Positions 45,855 to 55,016 of a stretch of DNA of 63,840 bases are shown here, one piece after another. The notes below the pieces were generated by a model. It was not told where the DNA came from. It did not search any database and saw only the letters and a program-made list of their open reading frames with translations. A program made the translations under genes and the position numbers. Source of the stretch: Alphaproteobacteria bacterium (GTDB lineage: Bacteria; Pseudomonadota; Alphaproteobacteria; SMXQ01); the NCBI GenBank assembly GCA_035493495.1, contig DATJIG010000142.1, positions 1 to 63,840 of the forward strand. The letters run 5' to 3'. Within the stretch, counting starts at the first letter, position 1. Every line of letters starts with the position of its first letter.

Positions 45855-47135
45855 ATGAACACGCGATCCGCCGCCGTGTCCGGTGAGGCGATGACCGTCA
45901 ACCCCGAATCCCGCCGCCCGATCCTCGCGCACTGGCTCCTGCTCATCTTCGTCCTGATGCCGCCGGTCGGCGTCTACGCGGCGCTCGGCGTCGCGCCGCT
46001 GCTCGCGGTGGCGGCTGTTGGCGTGGTCGTGCTGAGCCCGCGGGAGTCCTGGCGCTGGGTGCGACAGCCACGATTGCTCGCGGTCCTGCTGGGCGCGCTC
46101 GCGGTGGTCGGCATGGCGTCGGGCCTGTGGTCGATCCTGCCGCAACACAGCTTCCTCGAAGGACTGCGTTTCCTGACGCTGAGCGCGTCGGGACTCGTGG
46201 TCGCGGGCGCGGTGGCAAGCCTCGGGGACGGCGCGCGCGGACGGATTCTGCGCTGGAGCGCGATCAGCATCATCGTCACGGTCGCAGCGCTGGCGCTGGA
46301 CCTGGCCGTCGGCCTGCCAGTCTTACGGCTCTTCGTTCGCGGTGAGGTCATCCCGCTGGAACGCTTCGATCGCGGCACGACGGTGATTGGACTCCTGTTC
46401 TGGCCAATCACGCTCGGCCTCTGGCGCGCTCAGGCTCGCCGACTGCTTGCGGTTACCTGCGTGGCGGTCGTCGTGGCCCTGATCGTCATTCCGAGCAGCG
46501 CCAATCGCCTCGCCCTGGCCATCGGCGCCGTCACCTGGATTCTCGCCTGGAGCGTCCCGCGGGCGATCCCGCGCCTCGTGCTCGCGGCGACGGTGGTAGT
46601 GGGGCTCGCCCTGCCGTTTGCCATTCCGCGTCTGCTGCCGAGCAACGAAAGCGTGGTCGTGCTCGCGGATCATGCGCCGTGGATCAAGTTCTCCGGCCTC
46701 CACCGGCTGCTGATTTGGCGCTTCGTGTCGGAGCGCACGGCCGAACGGCCGCTGCTCGGCTGGGGGATGGACGCCTCGCGCGAGCTTCCCGGCGGCCACA
46801 CCAAGCTGGTCGAGACGCTGTCGCGTCCGATCGTTCCCGATAGCTCCGAGGCGCTGCCGCTCCACCCCCACGATGCCTTCCTGCAGTGGTGGGTCGAACT
46901 GGGCGCGATCGGAGCGGTTCTCGGCCTCGGCGCCGTTGTCACGCTCCTGCTGCGGGTGGCATCCCTGCCATCGCGCGTGGCGGTCGCGAGCGCAACCGCC
47001 TTCGCCGTCGGGGCGATCACGATCGCCATGCTCGGCTATGGGTTCTGGCAGTCGTGGTGGTTGTCGACGTTGTGGCTTGCCGGGTCGTTGACCGCGGCGG
47101 TCTCGACGGCCGGGGATCAGACCCGGAAGTCGTAG
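45855..47135 (+). CDS. O-antigen ligase / polymerase family membrane protein (Wzy_C-like)
   Basis: About 11-12 TM helices. Periplasmic loop ending HPHDAFLQWWVELGAIG, typical of the Wzy_C domain. The start could instead be the ATG at 45891. Confidence 0.75.
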   Translation: MNTRSAAVSGEAMTVNPESRRPILAHWLLLIFVLMPPVGVYAALGVAPLLAVAAVGVVVLSPRESWRWVRQPRLLAVLLGALAVVGMASGLWSILPQHSFLEGLRFLTLSASGLVVAGAVASLGDGARGRILRWSAISIIVTVAALALDLAVGLPVLRLFVRGEVIPLERFDRGTTVIGLLFWPITLGLWRAQARRLLAVTCVAVVVALIVIPSSANRLALAIGAVTWILAWSVPRAIPRLVLAATVVVGLALPFAIPRLLPSNESVVVLADHAPWIKFSGLHRLLIWRFVSERTAERPLLGWGMDASRELPGGHTKLVETLSRPIVPDSSEALPLHPHDAFLQWWVELGAIGAVLGLGAVVTLLLRVASLPSRVAVASATAFAVGAITIAMLGYGFWQSWWLSTLWLAGSLTAAVSTAGDQTRKS

Positions 47136-47527
47136 CGCGACGTCGGCGAGAGGTACTCGATCGTCGATTCGTGCGCGGTGCTGTAGGCGCGGAGCGCCGA
47201 GAAGCGGACGGCCGGCACGACGTCCCCATCGGGCGAAGCCTCGGGCGCGGAGTCGCCCTGTGCGAGCTGCTGAGCGAGAAACGGCAACGTGCCGCGCGGT
47301 TCTCCGAACAGCGTCTGCGGCAGCCGGCTTGCGTCGTAGCTGAAACGTGTCGACCCGGAGTTCCCGTCCCGCGCGTCGGGCGCGCGCAGCGGGGTGACGG
47401 AGGCGGTCCTGAGATCATTTCGCGCACGGCTGTCGATGCGCGCCGAGCCGTAGGCCGCGCATTCCGGTGCGGGAATGATGATCGTCGTCGACGCCACGAA
47501 AGTCGCTCCAGGTGCGGCAATACCCAT
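47117..47527 (-). CDS. hypothetical protein (no recognisable family)
   Basis: GC3-rich frame running from the ATG at 47527. Upstream of that (47528-47665) the codons are AT-ending and look non-coding. The 3' end overlaps the convergent ligase gene by 19 nt. Confidence 0.4.
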   Translation of the reverse strand: MGIAAPGATFVASTTIIIPAPECAAYGSARIDSRARNDLRTASVTPLRAPDARDGNSGSTRFSYDASRLPQTLFGEPRGTLPFLAQQLAQGDSAPEASPDGDVVPAVRFSALRAYSTAHESTIEYLSPTSRYDFRV

Positions 47528-47718
47528 GTGTCGCCGCGTAAGGTTGAGAAAGTTTGAATATTCGCGCCCCGATGTCGAGGGCGATTTCTGCGTGCTGCGG
47601 CGCGTTAACCAACAAGTACGCGATTGCTGTTTTCTCCCAGTGTACGGCTGCCGCGGATTTACCATGGCGCACTACGTCCCGATGGTAAGGTGCCCCTCCG
47701 TTCAAGCGTCGCGCCTCC

Positions 47719-49497
47719 ATGAATCAGTCCGACATCGCCCAGCAGGTCCAGGCCGCCTTCGAGGCCGGAATTGCCGCCCATCGCGAGGGCCGCGCCGGTG
47801 AAGCCGAGGTGGCCTTCCGCCGCGTCCTCACGCTTGTGCCCGACCATCCCGATGCGCTCCATCTGCTCGGGCTCGCACTGCACTTTCAGGGGCGCAGCAC
47901 CGAAGGCATCGAGTCGATCCGGCGCGCCATTGCGGTGTTCCCAGGCAATCCCGCATATTTCAACAATCTCGGCAACGCGCTCAACGATATCGGCGACAGA
48001 ACTCAGGCCGAGGCGGCGTTCCGCCGCGCGACCGAAGTGCGACCCGATTACCCGGTCGCCTGGCAGGCCCTCGGCACGATGGCGATGGCGCAGCGCCGCC
48101 CGCGCGAGGCACTCGCGCTGTTCGGCAAGGGACTGGCGGCGGATCCCGCCTACGCGGCCGCCGAAAACGGCATCGGCAACGCGCACCTCGCGCTCGGCGA
48201 GATCGAGGATGCGGTCCGGCACTATCGCGCCGCTCTGCGCCTCGATCCCGATGATGTCTCGGCGGCATCGAACGCCCTGATGTCGATGCACTACGATCCG
48301 GCCGCCACGCACACCGACCTCGTCGAGGCACACCGGGCCTGGGGGCGGCGCCTGGTCGCGCGGTTGCCGTCGCGCACCCTGCCGTTCGCCAACCACCGTA
48401 ATCCCGATCGCCGGCTGCGGATCGGATACGTGTCGGCCGATTTCCGCCGGCACTCGGTGGCCTTCTTCATCGAGCCGGTGGTCGCCGCTCACGATCGCAG
48501 CACCGTCGAGGTGACGCTCTACGCCGATGTCGCCCGTCCTGATGCCGTCACCGAGCGCCTGCGGGCCTCCGCCGATCGCTGGCGCGACATCCATCGCGTC
48601 GCCGACGACGCGGTGGCGCGCGCGATCGAGGCCGACGGCATCGACGTCCTCGTCGATCTTTCCGGGCACACATCGGGCAATCGGCTCGGCGTGTTCGCGC
48701 GCAGGCCCGCGCCGGTGCAGGCGAGCTGGATCGGCTATCCCGGCATCACCGGACTGCCGACCATCGACTGGCGGATGACGGATGCCGTGGCAGATCCTGT
48801 CGAGGCAAGCGAGGGAGAGGGGCCGGAGGCGCTGTTCCGGCTTCCGGACGGCTTTCTCTGCTACCGGCCGCCGGCCGATGCGCCACCCGTCACCGAACGT
48901 CACGACACCGAGCCGGTCGTCTTCGCTTCATTCAATGTGGTCGCGAAGCTGTCGCCGGAAACCATCGCGCTGTGGTCGCGCGTCCTGCAGGCGGTGCCGC
49001 GCGCTAGGCTGCTCCTGAAGTCGGACGGGCTTGACGATGCCGGGGCGCGCGAGCGGATCACGCGGACGTTTGCGGAGCGTGGCGTCGACGCCGAGCGGCT
49101 CGAGCTGATCGGCTTTGTTCCCGATCCCGCGGCGCATCTCGCGACCTATCACAAGGTCGACATCGCGCTCGACCCGACGCCGTACAACGGCACGACGACG
49201 ACGATGGAGGCGCTGTGGATGGGAGTTCCGGCGGTGACGCTGCGCGGTGACCGTCATTCGGCCCGCGTCGGTGCCAGCTTGCTCACCCGTGCCGGTCTCG
49301 GTGAGCTGATCGCCGGGAGTGGCGATCAGCTCGTCCACATCGCGAGGGCGCTGGCTGTCGATCGCGCCCGACTCGCCGAACTGCGTTCGAACATGCGGGC
49401 GCGGCTGACCGGGACGACGCTGCTCGATGCGCCACGCTTCACCCGTGGCGTGGAAGCCGCCTATCGCGCGATGTGGCGGCGTTTCCTGGCCGGCTGA
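47719..49497 (+). CDS. TPR-repeat protein fused to a GT41 (SPINDLY/OGT-like) glycosyltransferase domain
   Basis: The N-terminal 200 aa or so are TPR repeats. The C-terminal part is collinear with OGT/SPY catalytic lobes (RIGYVSADFRRHSV ... LDPTPYNGTTTTMEALWMGVP). Confidence 0.85.
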   Translation: MNQSDIAQQVQAAFEAGIAAHREGRAGEAEVAFRRVLTLVPDHPDALHLLGLALHFQGRSTEGIESIRRAIAVFPGNPAYFNNLGNALNDIGDRTQAEAAFRRATEVRPDYPVAWQALGTMAMAQRRPREALALFGKGLAADPAYAAAENGIGNAHLALGEIEDAVRHYRAALRLDPDDVSAASNALMSMHYDPAATHTDLVEAHRAWGRRLVARLPSRTLPFANHRNPDRRLRIGYVSADFRRHSVAFFIEPVVAAHDRSTVEVTLYADVARPDAVTERLRASADRWRDIHRVADDAVARAIEADGIDVLVDLSGHTSGNRLGVFARRPAPVQASWIGYPGITGLPTIDWRMTDAVADPVEASEGEGPEALFRLPDGFLCYRPPADAPPVTERHDTEPVVFASFNVVAKLSPETIALWSRVLQAVPRARLLLKSDGLDDAGARERITRTFAERGVDAERLELIGFVPDPAAHLATYHKVDIALDPTPYNGTTTTMEALWMGVPAVTLRGDRHSARVGASLLTRAGLGELIAGSGDQLVHIARALAVDRARLAELRSNMRARLTGTTLLDAPRFTRGVEAAYRAMWRRFLAG

Positions 49498-49952
49498 CGT
49501 CCGGGCGTAAAGCCTTCGGGCGCCATTTCGAAGCCCGAAAACTCGAAGGCCGGCGACACGGTGCATCCGACGAGTGTCCAGGCGCCGGTCGAGCGCGCGC
49601 TTTGCCACGCATGCTTCGGAACTATCGCTTGCGGCTGCTCGCCGCGCGCGACCGCAGGCCCGAGGCGAATGGTGCGGGGACGTCCGCGCGTGGCGATGCG
49701 CAAGGCCAGTGGCGCGCCGGCGTAGTAGTGCCAGATTTCCGTGGCATCGATCCGGTGCCAGCGCGACTCCTCGCCGCGGGCGAGCAGGTAGTAGATCGCC
49801 GTTCCGCTGCCGCGCGATGAGCCGTTGGCCTTGTTATCGCGCCCAGCCTTGTCGCGCCAGGTCTCGCGGTAATGGCCGCCTTCGGGATGCGGTTTCAGCC
49901 GCAGCGCGCGAACGACGGCCGCGGCACTTCCGGCGGGCGCCGGCTTCCGCAT
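49461..49952 (-). CDS. cupin, DUF985 family
   Basis: Internal ATG at 49952. LKPHPEGGHYRETWR motif. The start overlaps the GST stop (TGATG). Confidence 0.8.
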   Translation of the reverse strand: MRKPAPAGSAAAVVRALRLKPHPEGGHYRETWRDKAGRDNKANGSSRGSGTAIYYLLARGEESRWHRIDATEIWHYYAGAPLALRIATRGRPRTIRLGPAVARGEQPQAIVPKHAWQSARSTGAWTLVGCTVSPAFEFSGFEMAPEGFTPGRQPARKRRHIAR

Positions 49953-50545
49953 CACGCCGGTTCGGTGGCGGCGAACGACGGGCGCTTCTTGAACTCGTCG
50001 TACCAGGCGGCGAGACGCGGGGTGGCCTTGCGCCAATTGCCGCCGATGCCGTGCTTCTCCATGAACCAGAGGCAGCAGGCGAAGGTGATGTGGGCGAGTG
50101 TGGGCCCGGGGCCAATGTTCTGGAGCAGGCCTTCGAGCGCGGGCACGCCGCGGTCGACCTTCTTCTGCTGGCGCTCGATCCATTCCGGCGAGCGCAGCTC
50201 CGGCTTGCGACGGTCCTCCATGCGCAACAGAACGACGGCGTCGAGCACGCCTTGCGCCACGGCCTGGGCCTGAATGACCCGGCGACGCTGGCGATGATCC
50301 GTCGGCAGGAGCTTCGGGCCCGTGCCGATTTCGTCGAGGTACTCGCAAATCAGCGACGACTCGATGATCACCTCGCCCTCGTCGGTCACCAGCACCGGAA
50401 GCTTGTCGAGCGGGTTCTTCTTGGAAAGCTCGGCCTCCGGCGTGCGCGCCGGCAGCACCTCGGTCTTTTTGTCGAGTTCCTTCTCGATCAGGGTGATCAG
50501 GACCTTGCGACCGAACGGCGATGTGGGCGTGTTGTAGACCTTCAC
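49952..50545 (-). CDS. glutathione S-transferase (YibF-like)
   Basis: GTG at 50545 with a GGGAGA RBS. N-terminus (M)KVYNTPTSPFGRKV and ESSLICEYL motif. Confidence 0.85.
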   Translation of the reverse strand: MKVYNTPTSPFGRKVLITLIEKELDKKTEVLPARTPEAELSKKNPLDKLPVLVTDEGEVIIESSLICEYLDEIGTGPKLLPTDHRQRRRVIQAQAVAQGVLDAVVLLRMEDRRKPELRSPEWIERQQKKVDRGVPALEGLLQNIGPGPTLAHITFACCLWFMEKHGIGGNWRKATPRLAAWYDEFKKRPSFAATEPA

Positions 50546-50600
50546 GGCGATCTCCCCGATGTGGCTTGTTGCTTGAAGTGAGGATACGCGAGGACCGTCG

Positions 50601-51371
50601 TCAGGCGAACGAATCCTTGCGCGCGCGAATGGCGCCGAAGACGGTCGCGGCGTCCGCGCCCGAGAGTCCCACGGCCGCCGCAATCTCGGGGCGGTCGGCG
50701 CGCAGGAACGGGTTGGTCGCGCGCTCCTCGCCCAAGGTCGAGGGAACCGTCGGCTGATTCATGTCGCGGGCACGGGCGACCGCCGCGGCGCGGGACGCCA
50801 GGGCTGCGTTGCCGCTATCGACGGTGAGCGCGAAGCGTGCGTTCGACAGCGTGTACTCGTGAGCGCAGTAGACGCGCGTCGAATCCGGCAGTGCACGGAA
50901 CTTCGACAGCGACGACCACATCTGCTGCGGCGTTCCTTCGAACAAGCGTCCGCAGCCGAGCGCGAACAGGGTATCGCCACAGAACAGCGCGTCGGAGTCC
51001 GCGAACCAGTAGGCGATGTGGCCGCGGGTGTGGCCCGGGACATCGAAGACCTGGGCCTCGGAATTGCCGAGACGGACGCGATCGCCTTCGCCGACCGCGA
51101 TGTCGATTCCCGGGATGCGGTCGCGGTCGGCACACGGGCCGGCGATCGTGACGCCGAACGCCTCCTTGAGCTCGAGATTGGCGCCGGTGTGGTCGCGGTG
51201 ATGGTGGGTGTTGAGGATGTGGGTGAGCCTGAGGCCGAGCCGATCGAGCGTCGCCCGGACCGGGGCCGCTTCGGCGGGATCGACGATGGCGACGGCCTGC
51301 GCCTCGGGCTCGACGGCCAACCAGAGGTAATTGTCCTTCAGCGCGGGGATGCGGTGGATCGTAAGGGGCAT
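50601..51371 (-). CDS. gloB: hydroxyacylglutathione hydrolase (glyoxalase II)
   Basis: Internal ATG at 51371. THHHRDHTG metal motif, GHTRGHI, and collinear GloB length (256 aa). Confidence 0.93.
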   Translation of the reverse strand: MPLTIHRIPALKDNYLWLAVEPEAQAVAIVDPAEAAPVRATLDRLGLRLTHILNTHHHRDHTGANLELKEAFGVTIAGPCADRDRIPGIDIAVGEGDRVRLGNSEAQVFDVPGHTRGHIAYWFADSDALFCGDTLFALGCGRLFEGTPQQMWSSLSKFRALPDSTRVYCAHEYTLSNARFALTVDSGNAALASRAAAVARARDMNQPTVPSTLGEERATNPFLRADRPEIAAAVGLSGADAATVFGAIRARKDSFA

Positions 51372-51453
51372 GGTCGACTCATAGCACCGGCCGCCGCTGG
51401 TTTGCCACATGGGTGGCGGTCGCCTGTATGGCCGGTGTGCTAGGCTTTCGCCC

Positions 51454-52191
51454 ATGGGTACAGACGTTGTCGATATCCGTGACTTCTACGGGACATCGCT
51501 CGGTCACATGACCGCGCGCATCCTGCGCCAGCGCCTGCGCGCGATCTGGCCCGACTGCACCCGCGAACGCATTGTCGGCATCGGCTACGCGACCCCCTAT
51601 CTCCGCGCCTTCCAGGAGGAGGCCGAGCGGGTGATCGCGGTGATGCCGGCGTCCCATGGCGTCCTGCGCTGGCCGGGGATCGGCCCCAACCTCGCCGTGC
51701 TCGCCGACGAGGCTGAGCTGCCGCTCCCGGACGTCTCGTTCGATCGGGTGCTGCTGGTTCATGCCGTGGAAAGGACCGAATCGCTGCGGTCGCTGCTGCG
51801 CGAGGCTTGGCGGCTCCTCGCCGACGGCGGCCGCATAATCGTCGTCGTGCCGAACCGGCAGGGCATCTGGGCGCGCATCGAGGCGACGCCGTTCGGCCAC
51901 GGCCAGCCGTATACGGCGACGCAGCTATCGCGGCTTCTGCGCGATAATCTGTTCACGCCCCTGTCGACCACCATGGCGCTGTTTGCGCCGCCGATCTTCC
52001 GGCGACTCAACGTCGCCGCCGCACCGGCCTGGGAGCGACTCGGCACGCGCTGGTTCCCGCGTTTCGGCGGCGTCGTGATGATCGAGGCGACGAAGCAGAT
52101 TTACGCGCCGGCATCGGTCGCGCGCGAGCGCGTGAAGCGTCCGCTCTACGTTACTGCCGGCGGCGGCGCCGGGAGCAACCGTTCGCTTTGA
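51454..52191 (+). CDS. class I SAM-dependent methyltransferase-like protein (divergent from gloB)
   Basis: Internal ATG at 51454. FDRVLLVHAVE ... GGRIIVVVPN pattern. Confidence 0.7.
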   Translation: MGTDVVDIRDFYGTSLGHMTARILRQRLRAIWPDCTRERIVGIGYATPYLRAFQEEAERVIAVMPASHGVLRWPGIGPNLAVLADEAELPLPDVSFDRVLLVHAVERTESLRSLLREAWRLLADGGRIIVVVPNRQGIWARIEATPFGHGQPYTATQLSRLLRDNLFTPLSTTMALFAPPIFRRLNVAAAPAWERLGTRWFPRFGGVVMIEATKQIYAPASVARERVKRPLYVTAGGGAGSNRSL

Positions 52192-52201
52192 GATGCTGCG
52201 C

Positions 52202-52822
52202 TCAGCGCAGCAGGAACACCGCTTCGACGCCGAACAGGTTCGCCGCCGAGCTCTTAGGCATGGTCTCGCGGATCCGCCCGGTGGGGCCGAGCGCGAAGCA
52301 GCGCTCGATCTTCACGCCCAGCTCCTCGCACAGCGCGACGAAGTCGTGGATCGTGCAGAGGTGCACGTTCGGCGTGTCGTACCAGTGGTACGGCAGCGCC
52401 GGGGACGACGGCATGCGGCCGGTGAACAACAGCTCCATCCGCAGGCGCCAGTAGCCGAAGTTCGGGAACGAGACGATCGCCCGCTCGCCGATGCGCAGCA
52501 TCTGCGATAGCACCGTGCGCGGTTCGCGCATCGCTTGAAGCGTCTGGCTGAGGATCACGTAGTCGAAGGCTTCCGCGGGATAGTCCTTGAGATCGGTCTC
52601 GGCGTCGCCCTGGATCACCGACAGCCCCTGGCGGACGCAGGCGTTCACGCCGTCCTGGCTGATCTCGATGCCGCGCCCATCAACCTGCTTCGCGTGGGTC
52701 AGGTGATAGAGGAGCGCGCCGTCGCCGCAGCCGACGTCGAGCACGCGCGAGCCGGGCTGGACCAGCTCGGCGATCTTCTGCAGGTCGAGGCGAATGCTAC
52801 GCGCTGCGCCGTTTCCGTTCAT
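52202..52822 (-). CDS. metW: methionine biosynthesis protein MetW
   Basis: Internal ATG at 52822 overlaps the metX stop (ATGA). VLDVGCGDG motif. Collinear with MetW (206 aa). Confidence 0.9.
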   Translation of the reverse strand: MNGNGAARSIRLDLQKIAELVQPGSRVLDVGCGDGALLYHLTHAKQVDGRGIEISQDGVNACVRQGLSVIQGDAETDLKDYPAEAFDYVILSQTLQAMREPRTVLSQMLRIGERAIVSFPNFGYWRLRMELLFTGRMPSSPALPYHWYDTPNVHLCTIHDFVALCEELGVKIERCFALGPTGRIRETMPKSSAANLFGVEAVFLLR

Positions 52823-53982
52823 GAACGCGCGAGGCCTCGATGCTCCGCCGCGCCGTTGAGGAACCCGGTGAGCACGTTGTGATAGTCGGGAATCTCGAGC
52901 AGGAACGAGTCGTGCCCCTGATCGGTCGGGATCTCGCAGAAGCTGACATTGGCCGCGACTGCGTTCAGCGTGTGCACGATCGACCGGCTCTCGAAGGTTG
53001 GGAACATCCAATCGCTCGAGAACGAGACAACGCAGAAACGCGTCTTGGTGCCGCGGAACGCATCGGCGGCATTACCGCCGTGCTCGACGGCGAGATCGAA
53101 ATAGTCGATCGCGCGCGAGATGTAGAGGTACGAGTTGGCGTCGAAACGCTCGACAAACGACGTACCCTGATGGCGCAGATAGCTTTCCACCTGAAATTCC
53201 GCGTCGAATCCGAACGCGACCTTGGAGCGGTCCTGCAGCCGCCGCCCGAACTTGCGATGCAGTGCCGTCTCCGAGAGATAGGTGATATGCGCGCTCATCC
53301 GAGCGACGGCGAGACCGCGCTCGGGCCGCTTGCCGCGCGCGAGGTAGTCGCCCTCGCACCAGTCGAGATCGCTCATGATCGCCTGCCGGCCGACCTCGTG
53401 GAACGCGATGTTCTGGGCCGAGCAGCGCAGCGCCGATGCGATCGGCACCGCCGCGAACACCTTGTCGGGATAGCGCACGGCCCAGTCGAGGACCTGCATG
53501 CCGCCCATCGAGCCGCCGATGACGCAGAACAGCTTGTCGATGCCGAGATGGTCGATCAGAAGCTTCTGGGCCTTCACCATGTCGCCGATGGTGATGACCG
53601 GGAACGACACCCCGTAGGGCTTTCCCGTCGCGGGGTTGATCTCACGCGGCCCGGCCGTGCCCATGCAGCCGCCGAGGATGTTCGAGCAGATCAGGAAGTA
53701 ACGATCGGTATCCAGCGGCTTGCCGGGGCCGACCATGTTGTCCCACCAGCCGCGGCGGCCGGTCACCGGATGTGGGCCGGCGAGGAACTGGTCCCCGGAG
53801 AGCGCGTGGCAGACCAGAATGGCGTTGGAGCGGTCGGCATTGAGGTGACCGTAGGTCTGGTATGCGACGGTAAAGGGCCCGAGTTCGACCCCCGAATCGA
53901 GCTTCAGGGGCGTCACCGCGCCAAGGGTCACCGTCTGCCCCAGGGAGGGGGCAACGGCATCGGCTGGGGTGGTGGCGCTCAT
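52819..53982 (-). CDS. metX: homoserine O-acetyltransferase
   Basis: 387 aa. Nucleophile elbow GGSMGGMQ. Typical MetX N-terminal block ([18 protein letters not shown]). Confidence 0.95.
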   Translation of the reverse strand: MSATTPADAVAPSLGQTVTLGAVTPLKLDSGVELGPFTVAYQTYGHLNADRSNAILVCHALSGDQFLAGPHPVTGRRGWWDNMVGPGKPLDTDRYFLICSNILGGCMGTAGPREINPATGKPYGVSFPVITIGDMVKAQKLLIDHLGIDKLFCVIGGSMGGMQVLDWAVRYPDKVFAAVPIASALRCSAQNIAFHEVGRQAIMSDLDWCEGDYLARGKRPERGLAVARMSAHITYLSETALHRKFGRRLQDRSKVAFGFDAEFQVESYLRHQGTSFVERFDANSYLYISRAIDYFDLAVEHGGNAADAFRGTKTRFCVVSFSSDWMFPTFESRSIVHTLNAVAANVSFCEIPTDQGHDSFLLEIPDYHNVLTGFLNGAAEHRGLARS

Positions 53983-54086
53983 GGCCGTGGGACGTCCTTA
54001 CGGAAGTGGTGAGTAGGCGGATGCTGGGCACACGCGGAATCGGCCGCAGAATGGCCTAACCGGGGCCATCGTACGGGGGGACAGGA

Positions 54087-54115
54087 TAGCTAGGTCCGCA
54101 CTCGCGATGTGTCAA
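54087..54115 (-). promoter_or_regulatory. candidate sigma-70-type promoter for metX-metW
   Basis: On the minus strand: TTGACA, a 17-nt spacer, then TAGCTA. It lies about 105 nt upstream of the metX ATG. Confidence 0.25.
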
Positions 54116-54176
54116 TGTTTACTTTGATTTTGCAGGGCTTAGGTCCTATGACTCACGCGCAAATCCTGATCCGCCA

Positions 54177-55016
54177 ATGACCACGGCCGTCCGCACCCTG
54201 AGACGAGCGACCCTCGAGGATCTTCGCGCCAAGATCGACGCGATCGACGACTCGCTCCATGACCTTCTGATGCGCCGCGCCGGGCTCGCCGCCGACATCG
54301 CGCGCCTGAAGACTGCCGCCCCAGGGTCAAACGGGGTGTTCTTCCGGGCGGGGCGCGAGGCGGCGGTGGTGCGCCGGATCCTCGGCCGCCACCGTGGGCC
54401 GTTCCCGGCTGCCGCCGTGGTGCGAATCTGGCGTGAAATCGTCGCCGGAGTGCTGAGCCTTCAGGGCGAGCTGACGGTTGCCGCGTCCTCGCCCGAACTG
54501 ATCGAGATGGCTCGCGAGCACTTCGGCAGCGGTTCCGGGCTGCGGCGCTTCGCTTCGCCTGCTGCGGCCATTCGCGCCCTTGGTCAACGCCGGGCGACCG
54601 CAGCGCTGGCACCGTGGCCCGGGTCGACACCCGACCGGCGATGGTGGTTCGCGTTGGCGAAGGCCTCAACGAAGGTTGACGCCCCGCGCGTCGTCGCGGC
54701 ACTTCCGGTGCTCGGCGAGCGCCCCGCCGCTGTGGTGCTGGCGAACGCGGCACCCGAGCCGAGCGGCGACGATCGGACCCTGATTGTTGTGCGTGGCACG
54801 GTCACGGCCAAGGCAATCGCCCGCGCGCTTTCCCACGCCCGTCTCGATGGCGCGGTGATCGCGCGCGGAGATGGCGCGACCCTTGTCGACGTCGATGGAT
54901 TTGTCGCCGATGATTCGCCGTCGCTGACGGCATTGCGAGTGGCGCTTGGGGCAAAGGGCGTGACGGTGATCGGCGCCTACGCCAAGTCCGTCAGTATGCG
55001 TGGAGAGAGAGCGTGA
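54177..55016 (+). CDS. chorismate mutase domain protein (alphaproteobacterial long form)
   Basis: N-terminal CM type 2 helix pattern (LEDLRAKIDAIDDSLHDLLMRRAGLAADIARLK). The stop overlaps the hisC GTG (GTGA). Confidence 0.8.
   Translation: MTTAVRTLRRATLEDLRAKIDAIDDSLHDLLMRRAGLAADIARLKTAAPGSNGVFFRAGREAAVVRRILGRHRGPFPAAAVVRIWREIVAGVLSLQGELTVAASSPELIEMAREHFGSGSGLRRFASPAAAIRALGQRRATAALAPWPGSTPDRRWWFALAKASTKVDAPRVVAALPVLGERPAAVVLANAAPEPSGDDRTLIVVRGTVTAKAIARALSHARLDGAVIARGDGATLVDVDGFVADDSPSLTALRVALGAKGVTVIGAYAKSVSMRGERA

Noticed and set aside
53983-54176. A SAM-II riboswitch upstream of metX.
   Set aside because: One is expected from alphaproteobacterial precedent. However, the leader read on the minus strand contains no AAAGC(U) element or the U-rich/GCU pseudoknot core that I remember. 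It needs a covariance-model scan and is kept only as an open question in the findings.
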